Source: Candidatus Fermentithermobacillaceae bacterium
Lineage (GTDB): Bacteria > Bacillota > Sulfobacillia > Fermentithermobacillales > Fermentithermobacillaceae
Assembly: GCA_012842105.1 (NCBI GenBank)
Contig: DUTL01000294.1
Location: 1 to 41,393, forward strand
Reading direction: 5' to 3'
Length of the DNA stretch: 41,393 nt
A model generated the notes under the pieces. It had not been told where the DNA came from. It did no database searches and saw nothing but the letters and a program-made list of their open reading frames with translations. Below are positions 26,277-36,587 of this stretch, piece after piece (within the stretch, counting starts at the first letter, position 1; the number at the start of each line of letters is the position of its first letter). Made by a program: the position numbers and the translations under genes.

Positions 26277-27233
26277 TTATCCTCTGGTACATATATTGGT
26301 TCCAAGCCAATTATTGATCAAATGCCGGATTTGCTCTATAAGTTGATTTCGAGATTTATGCTTGCCAAAGGGCAGCCAAATTATGCCTTCTTCTTTGGAG
26401 AACCATGTCCGTTGCCTTTTCGCAAACCGCCTGGTACTCCTCTTCAGTATTACCCTGGTTTCAGGCTCCGTGGCCAGCCCTTTGAGCATCCAGTATACCT
26501 CTTTGTACCCAAGGCCTTGCATGCTAGGGAGGTCTTCAGAATACCCTAAATCCATTAGGTTCTTAACTTCTTCGACGAGGCCTCTTCTGAACTGATCATC
26601 TACCCTATCATCGATTCTTTTATATAATTCTTTACGATTCCATTCGAGCCCTATCATCATGGAATCATACATACGAAAGTGTTTGAGATGCTTCCTTGCA
26701 GAAATAGGCAGGTTTGTGGCTCGGTAATACTCAATTGCCCGTATGACTCTCTTCAAGTCATTTGGATGAAGGTCCCGGTAAGACTCTGGATCGATATCTT
26801 TCAGCATACTGTGAACCACGGCATTGCCCTGGCGTTTTGCCAGAGTTTTCATCTCTTGCCGCAGAGCCCGGTCAGGGGGTGCATCTTCCAAAGGAAAATT
26901 GTGTAGTAATGCCCTAATGTAAAATCCGGTGCCTCCGACTATACATGGCAGGCGGTTTCTACTCACAATATCCGTAACCGCTTCCCTGGCAAGCTGTTGA
27001 AACTCGCGTACACTCCATGGTTCGTCAGGGTACTTTATGTTTATCAAATGGTGCTTTACCCGGTTCATTTCATCTGCTGTGGCTTTATCTGTGCCAATAT
27101 CCATGTAACGATAAACCTGCATAGAATCAGCAGAGATAATCTCAATTGGATATGTTGTGGCCAGGTCCAACGCCAACTTTGACTTCCCCGAGGCTGTTGG
27201 GCCTGTGATTATCAGAACCTTGGCCAACCTCAA
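26277..27233 (-). CDS. miaA: tRNA dimethylallyltransferase
   Basis: P-loop ITGPTASGKS, then EIISADSMQVYR.MDIGT.K and further IPPT-family sequence. Confidence 0.95.
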   Translation of the reverse strand: MRLAKVLIITGPTASGKSKLALDLATTYPIEIISADSMQVYRYMDIGTDKATADEMNRVKHHLINIKYPDEPWSVREFQQLAREAVTDIVSRNRLPCIVGGTGFYIRALLHNFPLEDAPPDRALRQEMKTLAKRQGNAVVHSMLKDIDPESYRDLHPNDLKRVIRAIEYYRATNLPISARKHLKHFRMYDSMMIGLEWNRKELYKRIDDRVDDQFRRGLVEEVKNLMDLGYSEDLPSMQGLGYKEVYWMLKGLATEPETRVILKRSTRRFAKRQRTWFSKEEGIIWLPFGKHKSRNQLIEQIRHLINNWLGTNICTRG

Positions 27234-27304
27234 CCGTACACCCTTTCCAATATACCGGATATCACCGGGACAACTCCATTATATAGTATCAGCAGCCTCT
27301 ATAT

Positions 27305-29065
27305 CTAACGGCCGAAAAATCTATCTATTTCATCATATGGAAGCACGTACACAGTCGGCCTTCCGTGCGGGCATGTTCGGGCCGCAGGGTTAGCCCAAAG
27401 CGATTGTATGAGCGCCAGCGCCTCTTGCTTCCTCAGAGGCTGTTTGCCCTTTACAGATGCATGGCAAGCGGCTGTGGCTATCTGCGCTTGTGCCACTGCC
27501 CTTTCCAGGGGCATATCCGGCCCTGATGATTCATAGGCCGCCAATAACACCTGCTTGAGCGAATCTGCCGGAAGCGCCTGCCCAAGAATGAGAGGAACCT
27601 TGGTTACCAGCACGGTTCTTGTGCCTATTGGCCTGACGGAAAACCCTACGCTTTCCAACCCATCCTCATGTTCTTTATAGAGTATGGCTTCTCTGGGTTC
27701 AAGCTGGATGATCTCAGGGATCAACAGTTCCTGGCTGCTGCTTTCTCCCTGGCACAGGGATTGATAGGCCAGGCTTTCCGCAAGGGCGTGTTGGTCAATG
27801 ATAAGGAGCGAGTCTGGCGTCTTGGCCACAAGGTATACGTCTTGAAGCGTCCCCAGGCAGTGCCACTCGCAGGGTGGTTCAACACCGTCACTTAGCAAAC
27901 CGGTGCCCGTTTCATGCCTGGTATCAAAAAGAGACGAGGGTTGCCTTTCTGAGGGTTTCTTGTCAACTTGGCGGCCCGGATAAATGCTTTGAGAAGCGTA
28001 CTTGCTTAAAACGTATGTGGCGGGGGTTCCCCCCCCTTCAGCCCGAGGATTCCGGCCGGGTTTACTTAGATATCCTGCCCGGGCCAGGGCATCTCTCACA
28101 CTTTGAGTAACGGCGCGCTTCACTTCCGCTTCATTTCCAAACCTTATCTCTGATTTTGTGGGATGCACGTTAATATCTATCCTGCCTGGTTCAAGAGTGA
28201 TTTCAATAAATGCCACGGCATAGCTTTTTGGCGGTAGCAGCCCTGCATAGGCATGATCGAGCGCCCACCCAAGCGCAGGGTTCTTGATGGGCCTTTGATT
28301 TACAGAGAAGAGTTGCCGGTCCCTGCTTCTTCTATAGACCCTGGGCAGGCCTGCGAAACCGGCGATCTCAAGGCCTTCATGTTTGCTTGATATTTCAACC
28401 ATTGAATCAGCTGTTTCCGGCCCGAATATGTTGGCCAACGCGTCTTTCAACCCGTTGCCTGATGTATGAAGCGCCACCCTGCCCTGGGACGTAAGGGTAA
28501 AGCTGATATTAGGCCAGGCAAGGGACAGGCGTTCGACTGTTTCAATTACTGCATTCCTTTCCGTGCCTCTTGATTTCATGAATTTGAACCTGGCAGGCGT
28601 ATTGAAGAACAAGTCTCTCACTGTAAAAGTGGTACCCGGGGGTAGCCCTTTTTCGGTGGCGTCTATCAATTCTCCCCCTTCAACACGCAAGCAAATCCCG
28701 GTTTCGCTGCGGTTTATCTTGGTTTCGAGGCTCAATTTCGAGCATGATGCGATTGAAGGCAAAGCTTCGCCCCTGAACCCGAGGGTTTCTATGCTTTCAA
28801 AATCATTCATGGAACCTATTTTGGATGTGGCAAACCGTTCCAGTGATAAAAGCGCATCTTCGTGAGACATGCCTGTTCCGTCGTCACAAACCCTTATAAG
28901 TTTCATTCCCCCGTCAAGTATGTCTATTGATATCCTGCCCGCGCCTGCATCAATGGAATTCTCAACGAGCTCCTTTACAACTGATGCAGGGCGTTCTATG
29001 ACTTCCCCTGCAGCAATTTGGCTGGACAACAAGGGATCCAATTTTTTGATTGAACGATACATCAA
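27305..29065 (-). CDS. mutL: DNA mismatch repair protein MutL
   Basis: GHKL ATPase motifs QIAAGEV..RPASVVKELVENS.DAGA and DDG.GM. The C-terminal endonuclease-type region has DQHA.ER-like and CPHGRP motifs. The start overlaps the mutS stop (ATGA). Confidence 0.95.
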   Translation of the reverse strand: MMYRSIKKLDPLLSSQIAAGEVIERPASVVKELVENSIDAGAGRISIDILDGGMKLIRVCDDGTGMSHEDALLSLERFATSKIGSMNDFESIETLGFRGEALPSIASCSKLSLETKINRSETGICLRVEGGELIDATEKGLPPGTTFTVRDLFFNTPARFKFMKSRGTERNAVIETVERLSLAWPNISFTLTSQGRVALHTSGNGLKDALANIFGPETADSMVEISSKHEGLEIAGFAGLPRVYRRSRDRQLFSVNQRPIKNPALGWALDHAYAGLLPPKSYAVAFIEITLEPGRIDINVHPTKSEIRFGNEAEVKRAVTQSVRDALARAGYLSKPGRNPRAEGGGTPATYVLSKYASQSIYPGRQVDKKPSERQPSSLFDTRHETGTGLLSDGVEPPCEWHCLGTLQDVYLVAKTPDSLLIIDQHALAESLAYQSLCQGESSSQELLIPEIIQLEPREAILYKEHEDGLESVGFSVRPIGTRTVLVTKVPLILGQALPADSLKQVLLAAYESSGPDMPLERAVAQAQIATAACHASVKGKQPLRKQEALALIQSLWANPAARTCPHGRPTVYVLPYDEIDRFFGR

Positions 29066-31755
29066 TTATCATCCTGTTCACGGTGCAATTCCTGTTTGAC
29101 CGTATGGAGTAGTTCCAACGCTTCAAGAGGCGTCATGTTGTTGGTATCGAGGGATTTAAGTTTGGATATTACGGCCCGGTGATTTTCCGGGACCGGTTCT
29201 TGATACCCTGTGCTTGCATTAGCAAGTAAAAGTGGCTGGCTTTCAGGCGTAGGCAATGTTCCTGCGCTTCTGGATGCAACCTTTCCCAATATTCCTTTTG
29301 TGGAACCGCCTCTGCGCGCTTCTGTTTCAAGGCCATGAAGAATCTCCCTGGCCCTGTGTGTTACACTATCAGGCAACCCGGCCATACCGGCCACGTCAAT
29401 GCCGAAACTGCCTTCAGCCACTCCCCTGGCGACTTTCCTAAGGAAGATGATATTGTCGCCAGACTTTTTGACCGTTACATGGTAATTGGCTATTCCCGGC
29501 TTCAAATCAGAAAGAAGTGTGAGCTCACGGTAGTGAGTGGCCACAAGCCCTTTTGCCCCTACGGTTTTCCCGGCGGCCAGGTATTCCACAACCGCCCACG
29601 CAACAGAGAGCCCATCAAAGGTACTGGTTCCTCTTCCAATTTCGTCCAGTATCACAAGGCTTTTGGATGTAGCTTTCCTCAGGATTCTTGACACTTCGTT
29701 CATCTCGACCATGAAAGTGGATTGCCCTAACACCAGGTCGTCATATGCGCCTACCCTGGCGAAAATTCTGTCAACACATGACACTGTACACGATTTGCAG
29801 GGCACAAACGACCCCATTTGAGCCATGAGTACTATAATGGCTGTTTGGCGGCAATACGTAGACTTGCCGCCCATGTTGGGGCCGGTGACTATCAAGATGC
29901 GTTCCTTTTCATCAAGAGCCAGATCATTGGGCACAAAGTTCCCCGGAGGAAGCACCCTTTCAAGCACAGGGTGCCGTCCTTCTCTGATAATTATGGGCCC
30001 GTCTTCGGTTATTTCAGGCTTGACATATCCATACAGGCTGGCTACCTCAGCTAGGCTACAGCACACGTCCAGTTGAGCTATGGCAACAGCTGTCTGCTGC
30101 AGCCTCCTCATGTGAGATTCGACGAAATCACGCAGTTCACAGAACAGCCTGTACTCTTCTTTGAACAGTTTCTCTTCTGCGCCGATGATAGATGTTTCTT
30201 TTTCTTTGAGTTCAGGTGTAATGAACCTCTCAGCGGATACCAGTGTTTGTTTCCTTATGTAGTCACCGGGCACAAGGCTCAGGTTCGCCTTGGTCACTTC
30301 CAGGTAGTATCCGAAAACCCTGTTGTATCCCACCTTGAGCGATTTTATGCCGGTCCTTTCCCTTTCCCTGGCTTCAAGTTCAACCAGCCAGTGCTTGCCG
30401 CCGGCAGCCAGGTCTCTCAGCTCATCGATTTCCCGGCAATATCCTGTGCGTATTACCCCGCCTTCGGTTACAGACATCGGAGGATCATCAACAATGGCTT
30501 CTCTTATGGCCGCGACGACCTCAGGGGCCTCGTCAAGGTTATCGAGTATGTGTTTAAGCAGGCCCGATGAAGTGCCAATTATTTGCTCTTTCAGGCGGGG
30601 CACTCGTTCAAGGGAACCTGCAACGGCTATTAGATCCCTTGCATTGCATGACTTGTAAGCTACTCGTGCAACCAGCCTTTCCAAGTCGCGGATGCCTGAA
30701 AGGGAATCACGCAAATTGCTTCTCAGGGCGGCATTCCGGTAGATTTCATCTACAGCATTAAGCCTCGACAGTATCCTGGCCGGATCCCTCAACGGGCGCT
30801 CTATCCATTTCTTGAGCAGCCTGGACCCCATGGTGGTACAGCATTTGTCCAGAACCCACGCAAGCGAGCCATATTCTTCACCTTGAAGCCGCTTTGTGAG
30901 CTCAAGGTTCCTTCTGGTTGAATGATCAAGTTCAACGAATGATCCTTCCAAATAGAGGTTGGGCTCCTTCAGGTGGCTCAGTTCCATCATTTGAGTAGCT
31001 TCCAGGTATGCCAGCAATCCTGAGAGCGCCCTGTATGCTGAATCAGGCAAGTGTTTCAGGCCCCACTCCCTCTCGAACAATTCATGGTATGTCTCGCTGC
31101 CGAACTCTTCATCCTCACGAAAACTAACATGAACGTTAGGCAGGTTCTTCAAAACCGCCTGAACGAAGCTTGTCCCTTCAAGGCTTGCGGGAAATACACA
31201 TTCCTTGGGCATTAGGCGGGCAATCTCGTCTATGACGTTAGCCAACGGCAGGTTGTGGCCCCTGGATGAGGTTTCCGGCTCAAACCAGGCCAGGAGAACC
31301 TCTCCTGTGGATAAGTCAGATGAGCACAGCCCGGCTGAATCCACCTGGCCTTGAGCCCTGTATTTGGCATACGCCACGGTTATATAGCTTGGAGCCGCAT
31401 CCTCTGCGCCTTCCCAATATGTGCCCGGGGTTATTACTCTTACAACATCTCGTTTCACAAGCCCTTTTGCCTTAGCCGGATCTTCCACTTGCTCGCATAT
31501 TGCGACTTTGTAGCCCTTGGATACAAGGGTTCTTATGTATTCATCCACTGAGTGGTGGGGCACGCCGCACATGGGAACTTTCTTGCCCTTTCCCGAGCCC
31601 CGGCTTGTCAGTGCAATTCCAAGTTCCTTGGAACCAATTTCAGCGTCTTCAAAAAACATTTCGTAGAAGTCGCCAAGCCTGAAAAAGAGCAAACAATCCC
31701 GGTACTTCGCTTTTAGTGATTTATACTGAAGCATCATAGGAGTTTTGCTTGCCAA
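29062..31755 (-). CDS. mutS: DNA mismatch repair protein MutS
   Basis: N-terminal TPMM.QY...K....D.LLFFR.GDFYE.F, Walker A TGPNMGGKST, and DE.GRGTST. TTG start lies 9 nt after GGAGG. Confidence 0.95.
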   Translation of the reverse strand: MASKTPMMLQYKSLKAKYRDCLLFFRLGDFYEMFFEDAEIGSKELGIALTSRGSGKGKKVPMCGVPHHSVDEYIRTLVSKGYKVAICEQVEDPAKAKGLVKRDVVRVITPGTYWEGAEDAAPSYITVAYAKYRAQGQVDSAGLCSSDLSTGEVLLAWFEPETSSRGHNLPLANVIDEIARLMPKECVFPASLEGTSFVQAVLKNLPNVHVSFREDEEFGSETYHELFEREWGLKHLPDSAYRALSGLLAYLEATQMMELSHLKEPNLYLEGSFVELDHSTRRNLELTKRLQGEEYGSLAWVLDKCCTTMGSRLLKKWIERPLRDPARILSRLNAVDEIYRNAALRSNLRDSLSGIRDLERLVARVAYKSCNARDLIAVAGSLERVPRLKEQIIGTSSGLLKHILDNLDEAPEVVAAIREAIVDDPPMSVTEGGVIRTGYCREIDELRDLAAGGKHWLVELEARERERTGIKSLKVGYNRVFGYYLEVTKANLSLVPGDYIRKQTLVSAERFITPELKEKETSIIGAEEKLFKEEYRLFCELRDFVESHMRRLQQTAVAIAQLDVCCSLAEVASLYGYVKPEITEDGPIIIREGRHPVLERVLPPGNFVPNDLALDEKERILIVTGPNMGGKSTYCRQTAIIVLMAQMGSFVPCKSCTVSCVDRIFARVGAYDDLVLGQSTFMVEMNEVSRILRKATSKSLVILDEIGRGTSTFDGLSVAWAVVEYLAAGKTVGAKGLVATHYRELTLLSDLKPGIANYHVTVKKSGDNIIFLRKVARGVAEGSFGIDVAGMAGLPDSVTHRAREILHGLETEARRGGSTKGILGKVASRSAGTLPTPESQPLLLANASTGYQEPVPENHRAVISKLKSLDTNNMTPLEALELLHTVKQELHREQDDN

Positions 31756-31774
31756 TACTTACGACCTCCGGTTA

Positions 31775-33151
31775 TCAGTCTGAATTTGGCTTCCACATAG
31801 GCCCTTTCAGGTACCACGTGCCTGCTTCGTCGATCCTGACCTTTACCACGTCCCCGGGCTTTGGCCCTTTGGACGTACAGACCACAAGTTTGTTTGTCCG
31901 CGTCCGCCCGCGAACATGCTCAGGGTTTTTCAGGTCAGGCTCTTCAATGAGAGTTTCTTGAATGGTTCCCACAAGAGACATGTTGATATCTTTGGTAATC
32001 TCATTTTGAACTCTGACAAGCTCCTGAAGCCGTCTGGATTTGTCTTTTCGAGAAACCTGATTGCCCATTTTGGCGGCGGCAGTACCGGATCTGGGGGAAA
32101 ATATGAACGTAAACGCACCGTCGAACCTCAGATCCTTAACCAGGCCAATGGTATCTTGAAAATCTTCATCAGTCTCTCCAGGAAAGCCAACTATAATATC
32201 GGTAGTGACAGAGGCGCCCGGGATTTGGCTTCTAATGTAAGATACCAGGCCCCGGTATTCTTCCCGGGTATATCCCCTGTGCATCAATTTGAGTATCCGG
32301 TTACTTCCCGACTGAAGCGGAAGATGGAAATGCTCGCAAACATGCTTCGAGTCTCTTATTGAGTCTACCATCGTCTTTGTAAAATCCCTGGGATGGGATG
32401 TGAAGTACCGTATCCTGCAGATTCCAGGTATCCCATCGAGGTCTTCAAGCAATTGGGCAAATCCGTAGCCGTTGCCTGGATCAAGCCCATAGGCGTTGAC
32501 ATTCTGTCCCAGGAGAGTGATTTCCGTAAATCCCTGGCTGACAAGTTCCTGAACTTCTTTTACTATGAACCTGGGTTCACGGGACACCTGTGGGCCTCTG
32601 ACAAAGGGCACAATGCAATAGGTGCAGAAATTATCGCATCCATACATTATCGTGACATATGCGCTGACCCCGGAAACCTTTACCCTGGGAAGTGCCTCCG
32701 GAAGCATTTGGGTGGACCCGGTTCTGTGCGCTTCCGCCCTGCCGGGAGAAACTGCAGTGAGCAGTTTCTGAGACGGATCATGGACAGCCTGGCTCACCAA
32801 CTGTGGAATCTTGTCAATGTGGCCGGGGCCCACTGCTACTCTTACGTACGGAACCCGTTTCTTTATCCTCTCTATGGTTTGCGGCAGCTGGGCCATACAC
32901 CCTGCCAGCACTATGACAGGCAGCTTTCCGCCTCTGGATTCCGCGGCAAGTTTTCCTAGCCGGCTCCATACTTTTTCCTCGGCAGACTGTCTTACTGCAC
33001 ACGTATTCATTACAATAACATCTGATTCCCCGGCATTTTGAGCCAGGGAAAACCCCTTTTCCTGAAACAGGCCCCCTATGGTCTGAGAGTCTCTTTCATT
33101 CATTTGGCATCCAAAAGTCTCTATAAAATACGTAAGTTTCTTGTTGTTCAT
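31775..33151 (-). CDS. miaB: tRNA (i6A37) methylthiotransferase MiaB
   Basis: UPF0004 N-domain (TFGCQMNERDS), radical-SAM CDNFCTYCIVP, and a C-terminal TRAM domain. ATG-33151 (MNNKKLTYFIETFGCQMN) is preferred because a promoter-like TTGTGC-17-TATAAT lies downstream of the tracked start 33244. Confidence 0.9.
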   Translation of the reverse strand: MNNKKLTYFIETFGCQMNERDSQTIGGLFQEKGFSLAQNAGESDVIVMNTCAVRQSAEEKVWSRLGKLAAESRGGKLPVIVLAGCMAQLPQTIERIKKRVPYVRVAVGPGHIDKIPQLVSQAVHDPSQKLLTAVSPGRAEAHRTGSTQMLPEALPRVKVSGVSAYVTIMYGCDNFCTYCIVPFVRGPQVSREPRFIVKEVQELVSQGFTEITLLGQNVNAYGLDPGNGYGFAQLLEDLDGIPGICRIRYFTSHPRDFTKTMVDSIRDSKHVCEHFHLPLQSGSNRILKLMHRGYTREEYRGLVSYIRSQIPGASVTTDIIVGFPGETDEDFQDTIGLVKDLRFDGAFTFIFSPRSGTAAAKMGNQVSRKDKSRRLQELVRVQNEITKDINMSLVGTIQETLIEEPDLKNPEHVRGRTRTNKLVVCTSKGPKPGDVVKVRIDEAGTWYLKGPMWKPNSD

Positions 33152-33217
33152 TGCTGTTGGTTTTGCACTCCGAAAACGATGTTCGTTGGATTGTATGGCA
33201 ATCAGCCTTTCTACCCT

Positions 33218-33246
33218 ATTATAATTTTGCCGCAACAAGCGCACAA
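33218..33246 (-). promoter_or_regulatory. Sigma-A-like promoter candidate for miaB (TTGTGC-17 nt-TATAAT)
   Basis: On the minus strand there is a perfect -10 TATAAT (plus-strand ATTATA at 33218-33223). A 17-nt spacer separates it from the -35 TTGTGC (33241-33246). Confidence 0.4.
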
Positions 33247-33268
33247 ATTATTGCCCAGGCGGCATCAT

Positions 33269-34453
33269 CTACCCAATATCAAATACATCTGTATTCATGG
33301 CGCACTCCTCAGCCAGTTGTTTGACGTCAAGGCGTTTTTCTGCATTGACGGCCGCATCAAGCCGGGGTTTTGTCACTGGATGTTTGGGGACAAATACCGA
33401 ACAACAATCTTCGTAGGGCAAGATCGAAATGTCGTAGGTGCCAATTTGCTCAGCTAGGCGTACAGTCTCCACCTTGTCGAAACAGATAAGCGGCCTCAGC
33501 ACCGGAAAATCGGAAACGCTTTCGATTACGCTCAGACTCTCAAGCGTCTGGCTTGCAACTTGTCCCAGGTTCTCGCCTGTGAATATGGCCAGGCTACCGG
33601 TGTTCCGGCAGATTCTTGAGGCTACCCTCATCATCATGCGCCTCATAGTTATTACCCGGTACTTTTCAGGGCACTTGTCCATGATTTCCGTCTGAATTCT
33701 GGTGAAAGGAGCCACAAACAACCTCAAATGGGGGTTGTACTTCCTCAAGACCTTGCATATGTCAACCACCTTGTCCCTGGCGCGCTCCCCGGTTATAGGG
33801 TAACTCCAGAAATGAAGCGCATCAACGGCTACCCCTCGTTTCATAGCCATGTAACCTGCTACCGGGCTGTCTATACCTCCTGAGACAAGTAATATGCCCT
33901 TACCTGATGTACCTACAGGCAACCCGCCGGGCCCGGGTACTTGGCCCCGGTAGATATACGTATGCCCTGGGCGAATCTCTACTGTAAGGTGAATGGAAGG
34001 ATTGTGTACGTCTACTGCCAGCCCGGGAACATTCCGGAGAACCGCTGCCCCTACTTCCCGGTTAACTTCCGGGGACTTAACCGGGAAGTCCTTGTCTGCC
34101 CTCCGCGTGTCAACCTTGAAAGTTGCAGGCGGAGAAACTTCCGGCATAGCTTGCTTTACTGCAGATATGGCTGCCTGTTTGATTGTTTCCAAATCGCTTT
34201 CCACTGCAAACCCAGGGCTGACCGCTACAATACCAGGCACACAGGAAAGCGCTTCAAGATAATCATGTTCAAACTGCGTTTGAATCCCTGTTACGTACAA
34301 CCTTCCCTGGGACTTAGACACTCTTTTGCCGGCATCTACATCTATAGCGGATACGGCGATTTCGATGTTTTCCTGTAGTTTTTTCTCGAATTGCCTTCTA
34401 TTTTGCCCTTTGAGGCTTATTTCCCCATACCGGATTAATAAGACTCTCTCCAT
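33269..34453 (-). CDS. thiI: tRNA 4-thiouridine(8) synthase ThiI (no rhodanese domain)
   Basis: N-terminal ferredoxin-like/THUMP region (LIRYGEISLKG.NR..FE..L) and PP-loop SGGIDSPVA. ATG-34453 follows GAAGGAG. Confidence 0.9.
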   Translation of the reverse strand: MERVLLIRYGEISLKGQNRRQFEKKLQENIEIAVSAIDVDAGKRVSKSQGRLYVTGIQTQFEHDYLEALSCVPGIVAVSPGFAVESDLETIKQAAISAVKQAMPEVSPPATFKVDTRRADKDFPVKSPEVNREVGAAVLRNVPGLAVDVHNPSIHLTVEIRPGHTYIYRGQVPGPGGLPVGTSGKGILLVSGGIDSPVAGYMAMKRGVAVDALHFWSYPITGERARDKVVDICKVLRKYNPHLRLFVAPFTRIQTEIMDKCPEKYRVITMRRMMMRVASRICRNTGSLAIFTGENLGQVASQTLESLSVIESVSDFPVLRPLICFDKVETVRLAEQIGTYDISILPYEDCCSVFVPKHPVTKPRLDAAVNAEKRLDVKQLAEECAMNTDVFDIG

Positions 34454-34503
34454 TATTTGTGCTCCTTCGCATGACTTAAGTATTCGGTTGCGAGTTGTTT
34501 CCC

Positions 34504-35751
34504 CTAAGTTGTCTTCTGGCGCCATGGCCTAAGTTCCTTCAATGCATCTTCCAGGGCTGATACGGTACTATCCACATCTTCAACAGTTGTGAAAGGCGAC
34601 ATGGAGAACCGGATAGCCGACAACGCTTCATCTTCGCCCTTGCCTAAGGCGAGGATGACCGCGCTTGGCTTAGTTCTGTGGGAAGAACAGGCAGACCCGG
34701 TCGACACAAACACATTACGTTTCTCCAAAGCATGGAGAAGGCTTTCCCCTCGAAATCCAGGGAATGAGCAGTTGACAATGTGAGGCGCTGCGTTTTCATG
34801 CTCAGGGCCGTTGAGCACTGCGTCGGCGAATATACCTGCAATTCCGTCTATGAGCCGGTGTCTTAGCTCAAATAACCTGTCTCTTGTCTTGTATGTGTTT
34901 CTTGCCCAGATGTCACAAGCCAGGCCGAAACCTACAATAGCCGGAACGTTTTCAGTTCCTGATCGAAGCCCTTGTTCCTGGCCTCCGCCGAAAATCAAAG
35001 GGTGCATAGGAACACCCTTTCGAATGTACAACGCACCTATCCCCTTGGGGCCGTGGATCTTGTGAGAACTGATGCTTAGAAGATCCACTCCCCACTTCTC
35101 CACATCAATATCGAGTTTTGCAAATCCCTGGACGGCATCTACATGGAACCTGGGGCGCTTCGGGCCCATCCGGGAAAGCATAGATCCAATCTCCCGGCAA
35201 GGTTCAACAGAACCAATTTCGTTTTGCACAAACATGATAGATACAAGGCATGTATCTTCCTTTACCCGAGAGACAACTTCGCCGGGATTGACCAGCCCCT
35301 CCCTGTCGACCGGCACTACTGATACGCGGTAGCCCAGTTCTTTCAGATACTCCATGGCAGCCATAACCGACGGATGCTCCACTGATGAAGTAACCACGTG
35401 TTTGAACTTGCTCCCCGCTGACCTGAGGCTTCCGAAGATTGCCCAGTTATTGGCTTCAGTGCCGCCTGACGTAAAGAACACCTCATTCTCGCCGGCTCCG
35501 ATCAGGGATGCAACAGATCTTCGGGCCTTCCTGACGAGTTTCTCAGATTCAGATCCCAGCCTGTGAAGGGACGATGGATTTCCAAACCTCTCCTCATATA
35601 CAGACGACATGGCTTCCACAACTTCGGGAAAGGGCTTAGTAGTTGAAGAATTGTCCATATAGACAGGCCCGGATGCTTTCCGGCAGTTTGTGCTCAAATC
35701 TATACCTCCAGTAACGAGACAGGTTTTCCTTTCTATATTATCCTCTTTCAT
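34504..35751 (-). CDS. nifZ: Class V aminotransferase-fold cysteine desulfurase (NifS/NifZ-like, ThiI partner)
   Basis: Contains YMDNSSTT, the SSVEH, SSHKIHGPKG PLP-lysine context, and the active-site loop GSACSS. Lies directly upstream of thiI as in B. subtilis nifZ-thiI. The start (35751 versus 35775) is uncertain. Confidence 0.85.
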   Translation of the reverse strand: MKEDNIERKTCLVTGGIDLSTNCRKASGPVYMDNSSTTKPFPEVVEAMSSVYEERFGNPSSLHRLGSESEKLVRKARRSVASLIGAGENEVFFTSGGTEANNWAIFGSLRSAGSKFKHVVTSSVEHPSVMAAMEYLKELGYRVSVVPVDREGLVNPGEVVSRVKEDTCLVSIMFVQNEIGSVEPCREIGSMLSRMGPKRPRFHVDAVQGFAKLDIDVEKWGVDLLSISSHKIHGPKGIGALYIRKGVPMHPLIFGGGQEQGLRSGTENVPAIVGFGLACDIWARNTYKTRDRLFELRHRLIDGIAGIFADAVLNGPEHENAAPHIVNCSFPGFRGESLLHALEKRNVFVSTGSACSSHRTKPSAVILALGKGEDEALSAIRFSMSPFTTVEDVDSTVSALEDALKELRPWRQKTT

Positions 35752-35843
35752 GCCCCTGGTCACACCACTATACAAGATATCTCCAATCCAGTGAACACTT
35801 CTACTGTAATGCAGCTACGGGTACAATGTAATCGGCATCAAAC

Positions 35844-36587
35844 TTGCAGAAGGGAGTGCGCAGTGTGGGAAAGGGAATCAACAGGCGTATTTTTGGCGTT
35901 ATCGGCAGTGCGATTTCAGATTATGAGTTAATACAAGACGGTGATCGCATACTCCTGGGGATTTCAGGGGGCAAAGACAGCTTATTCATGGCCTGGGCCC
36001 TTGCTGACATACGAAGAAGAGCTCCTGTTGAATTTTCCCTGGAAGCCGTAACGATTGATCCCGGTGGCCCGTGGAAGTTTGATGAGGTGGCTATTGATTC
36101 AATCCACCGGTTTCTTTCTGTTATCGGAGTTCCCTACCATGTGGTAACCTCCAATATTGCCAGGGTAGTCATAAGGGGCCATGGCCGGAAAACTCCTTGC
36201 TCCCTGTGTGCCAACCTTCGCAGGGGTTATCTTCACCAGGCGGCCAATGACCTGGGAATGAGCAAGGTTGCCTTAGGCCATCACCTTGATGATGCCATAG
36301 AGACACTGCTGCTGAACATGTTTTACCAGGGAAACCTACGGTGTTTCCAACCGAAGACTTACCTGTCACGGCGCAATATTGAAGTGATACGGCCCATGGT
36401 GTATGTGGAAGAACCCTGGATAGCCAAGGCTTCAAGCAAGTTGGGGCTTCCGGTAACCCCTCCCACATGTGGTTTTTCAGGCAATACCAGCCGCCAACAT
36501 ATGAAAGGCCTTGTGTCCGGGCTCAGCGAAAATATACCCGGGCTCCGGCGTCAAATGAGGAACGTGTTCAAGTCCTTATGGCGCTAG
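35844..36587 (+). CDS. ttcA: PP-loop ATPase, TtcA-like tRNA 2-thiocytidine synthetase family
   Basis: PP-loop SGGKDS, the CSLC motif and HHLDD. GTG-35865 (after GAAGGGAG) is a plausible alternative start. Confidence 0.65.
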   Translation: MQKGVRSVGKGINRRIFGVIGSAISDYELIQDGDRILLGISGGKDSLFMAWALADIRRRAPVEFSLEAVTIDPGGPWKFDEVAIDSIHRFLSVIGVPYHVVTSNIARVVIRGHGRKTPCSLCANLRRGYLHQAANDLGMSKVALGHHLDDAIETLLLNMFYQGNLRCFQPKTYLSRRNIEVIRPMVYVEEPWIAKASSKLGLPVTPPTCGFSGNTSRQHMKGLVSGLSENIPGLRRQMRNVFKSLWR

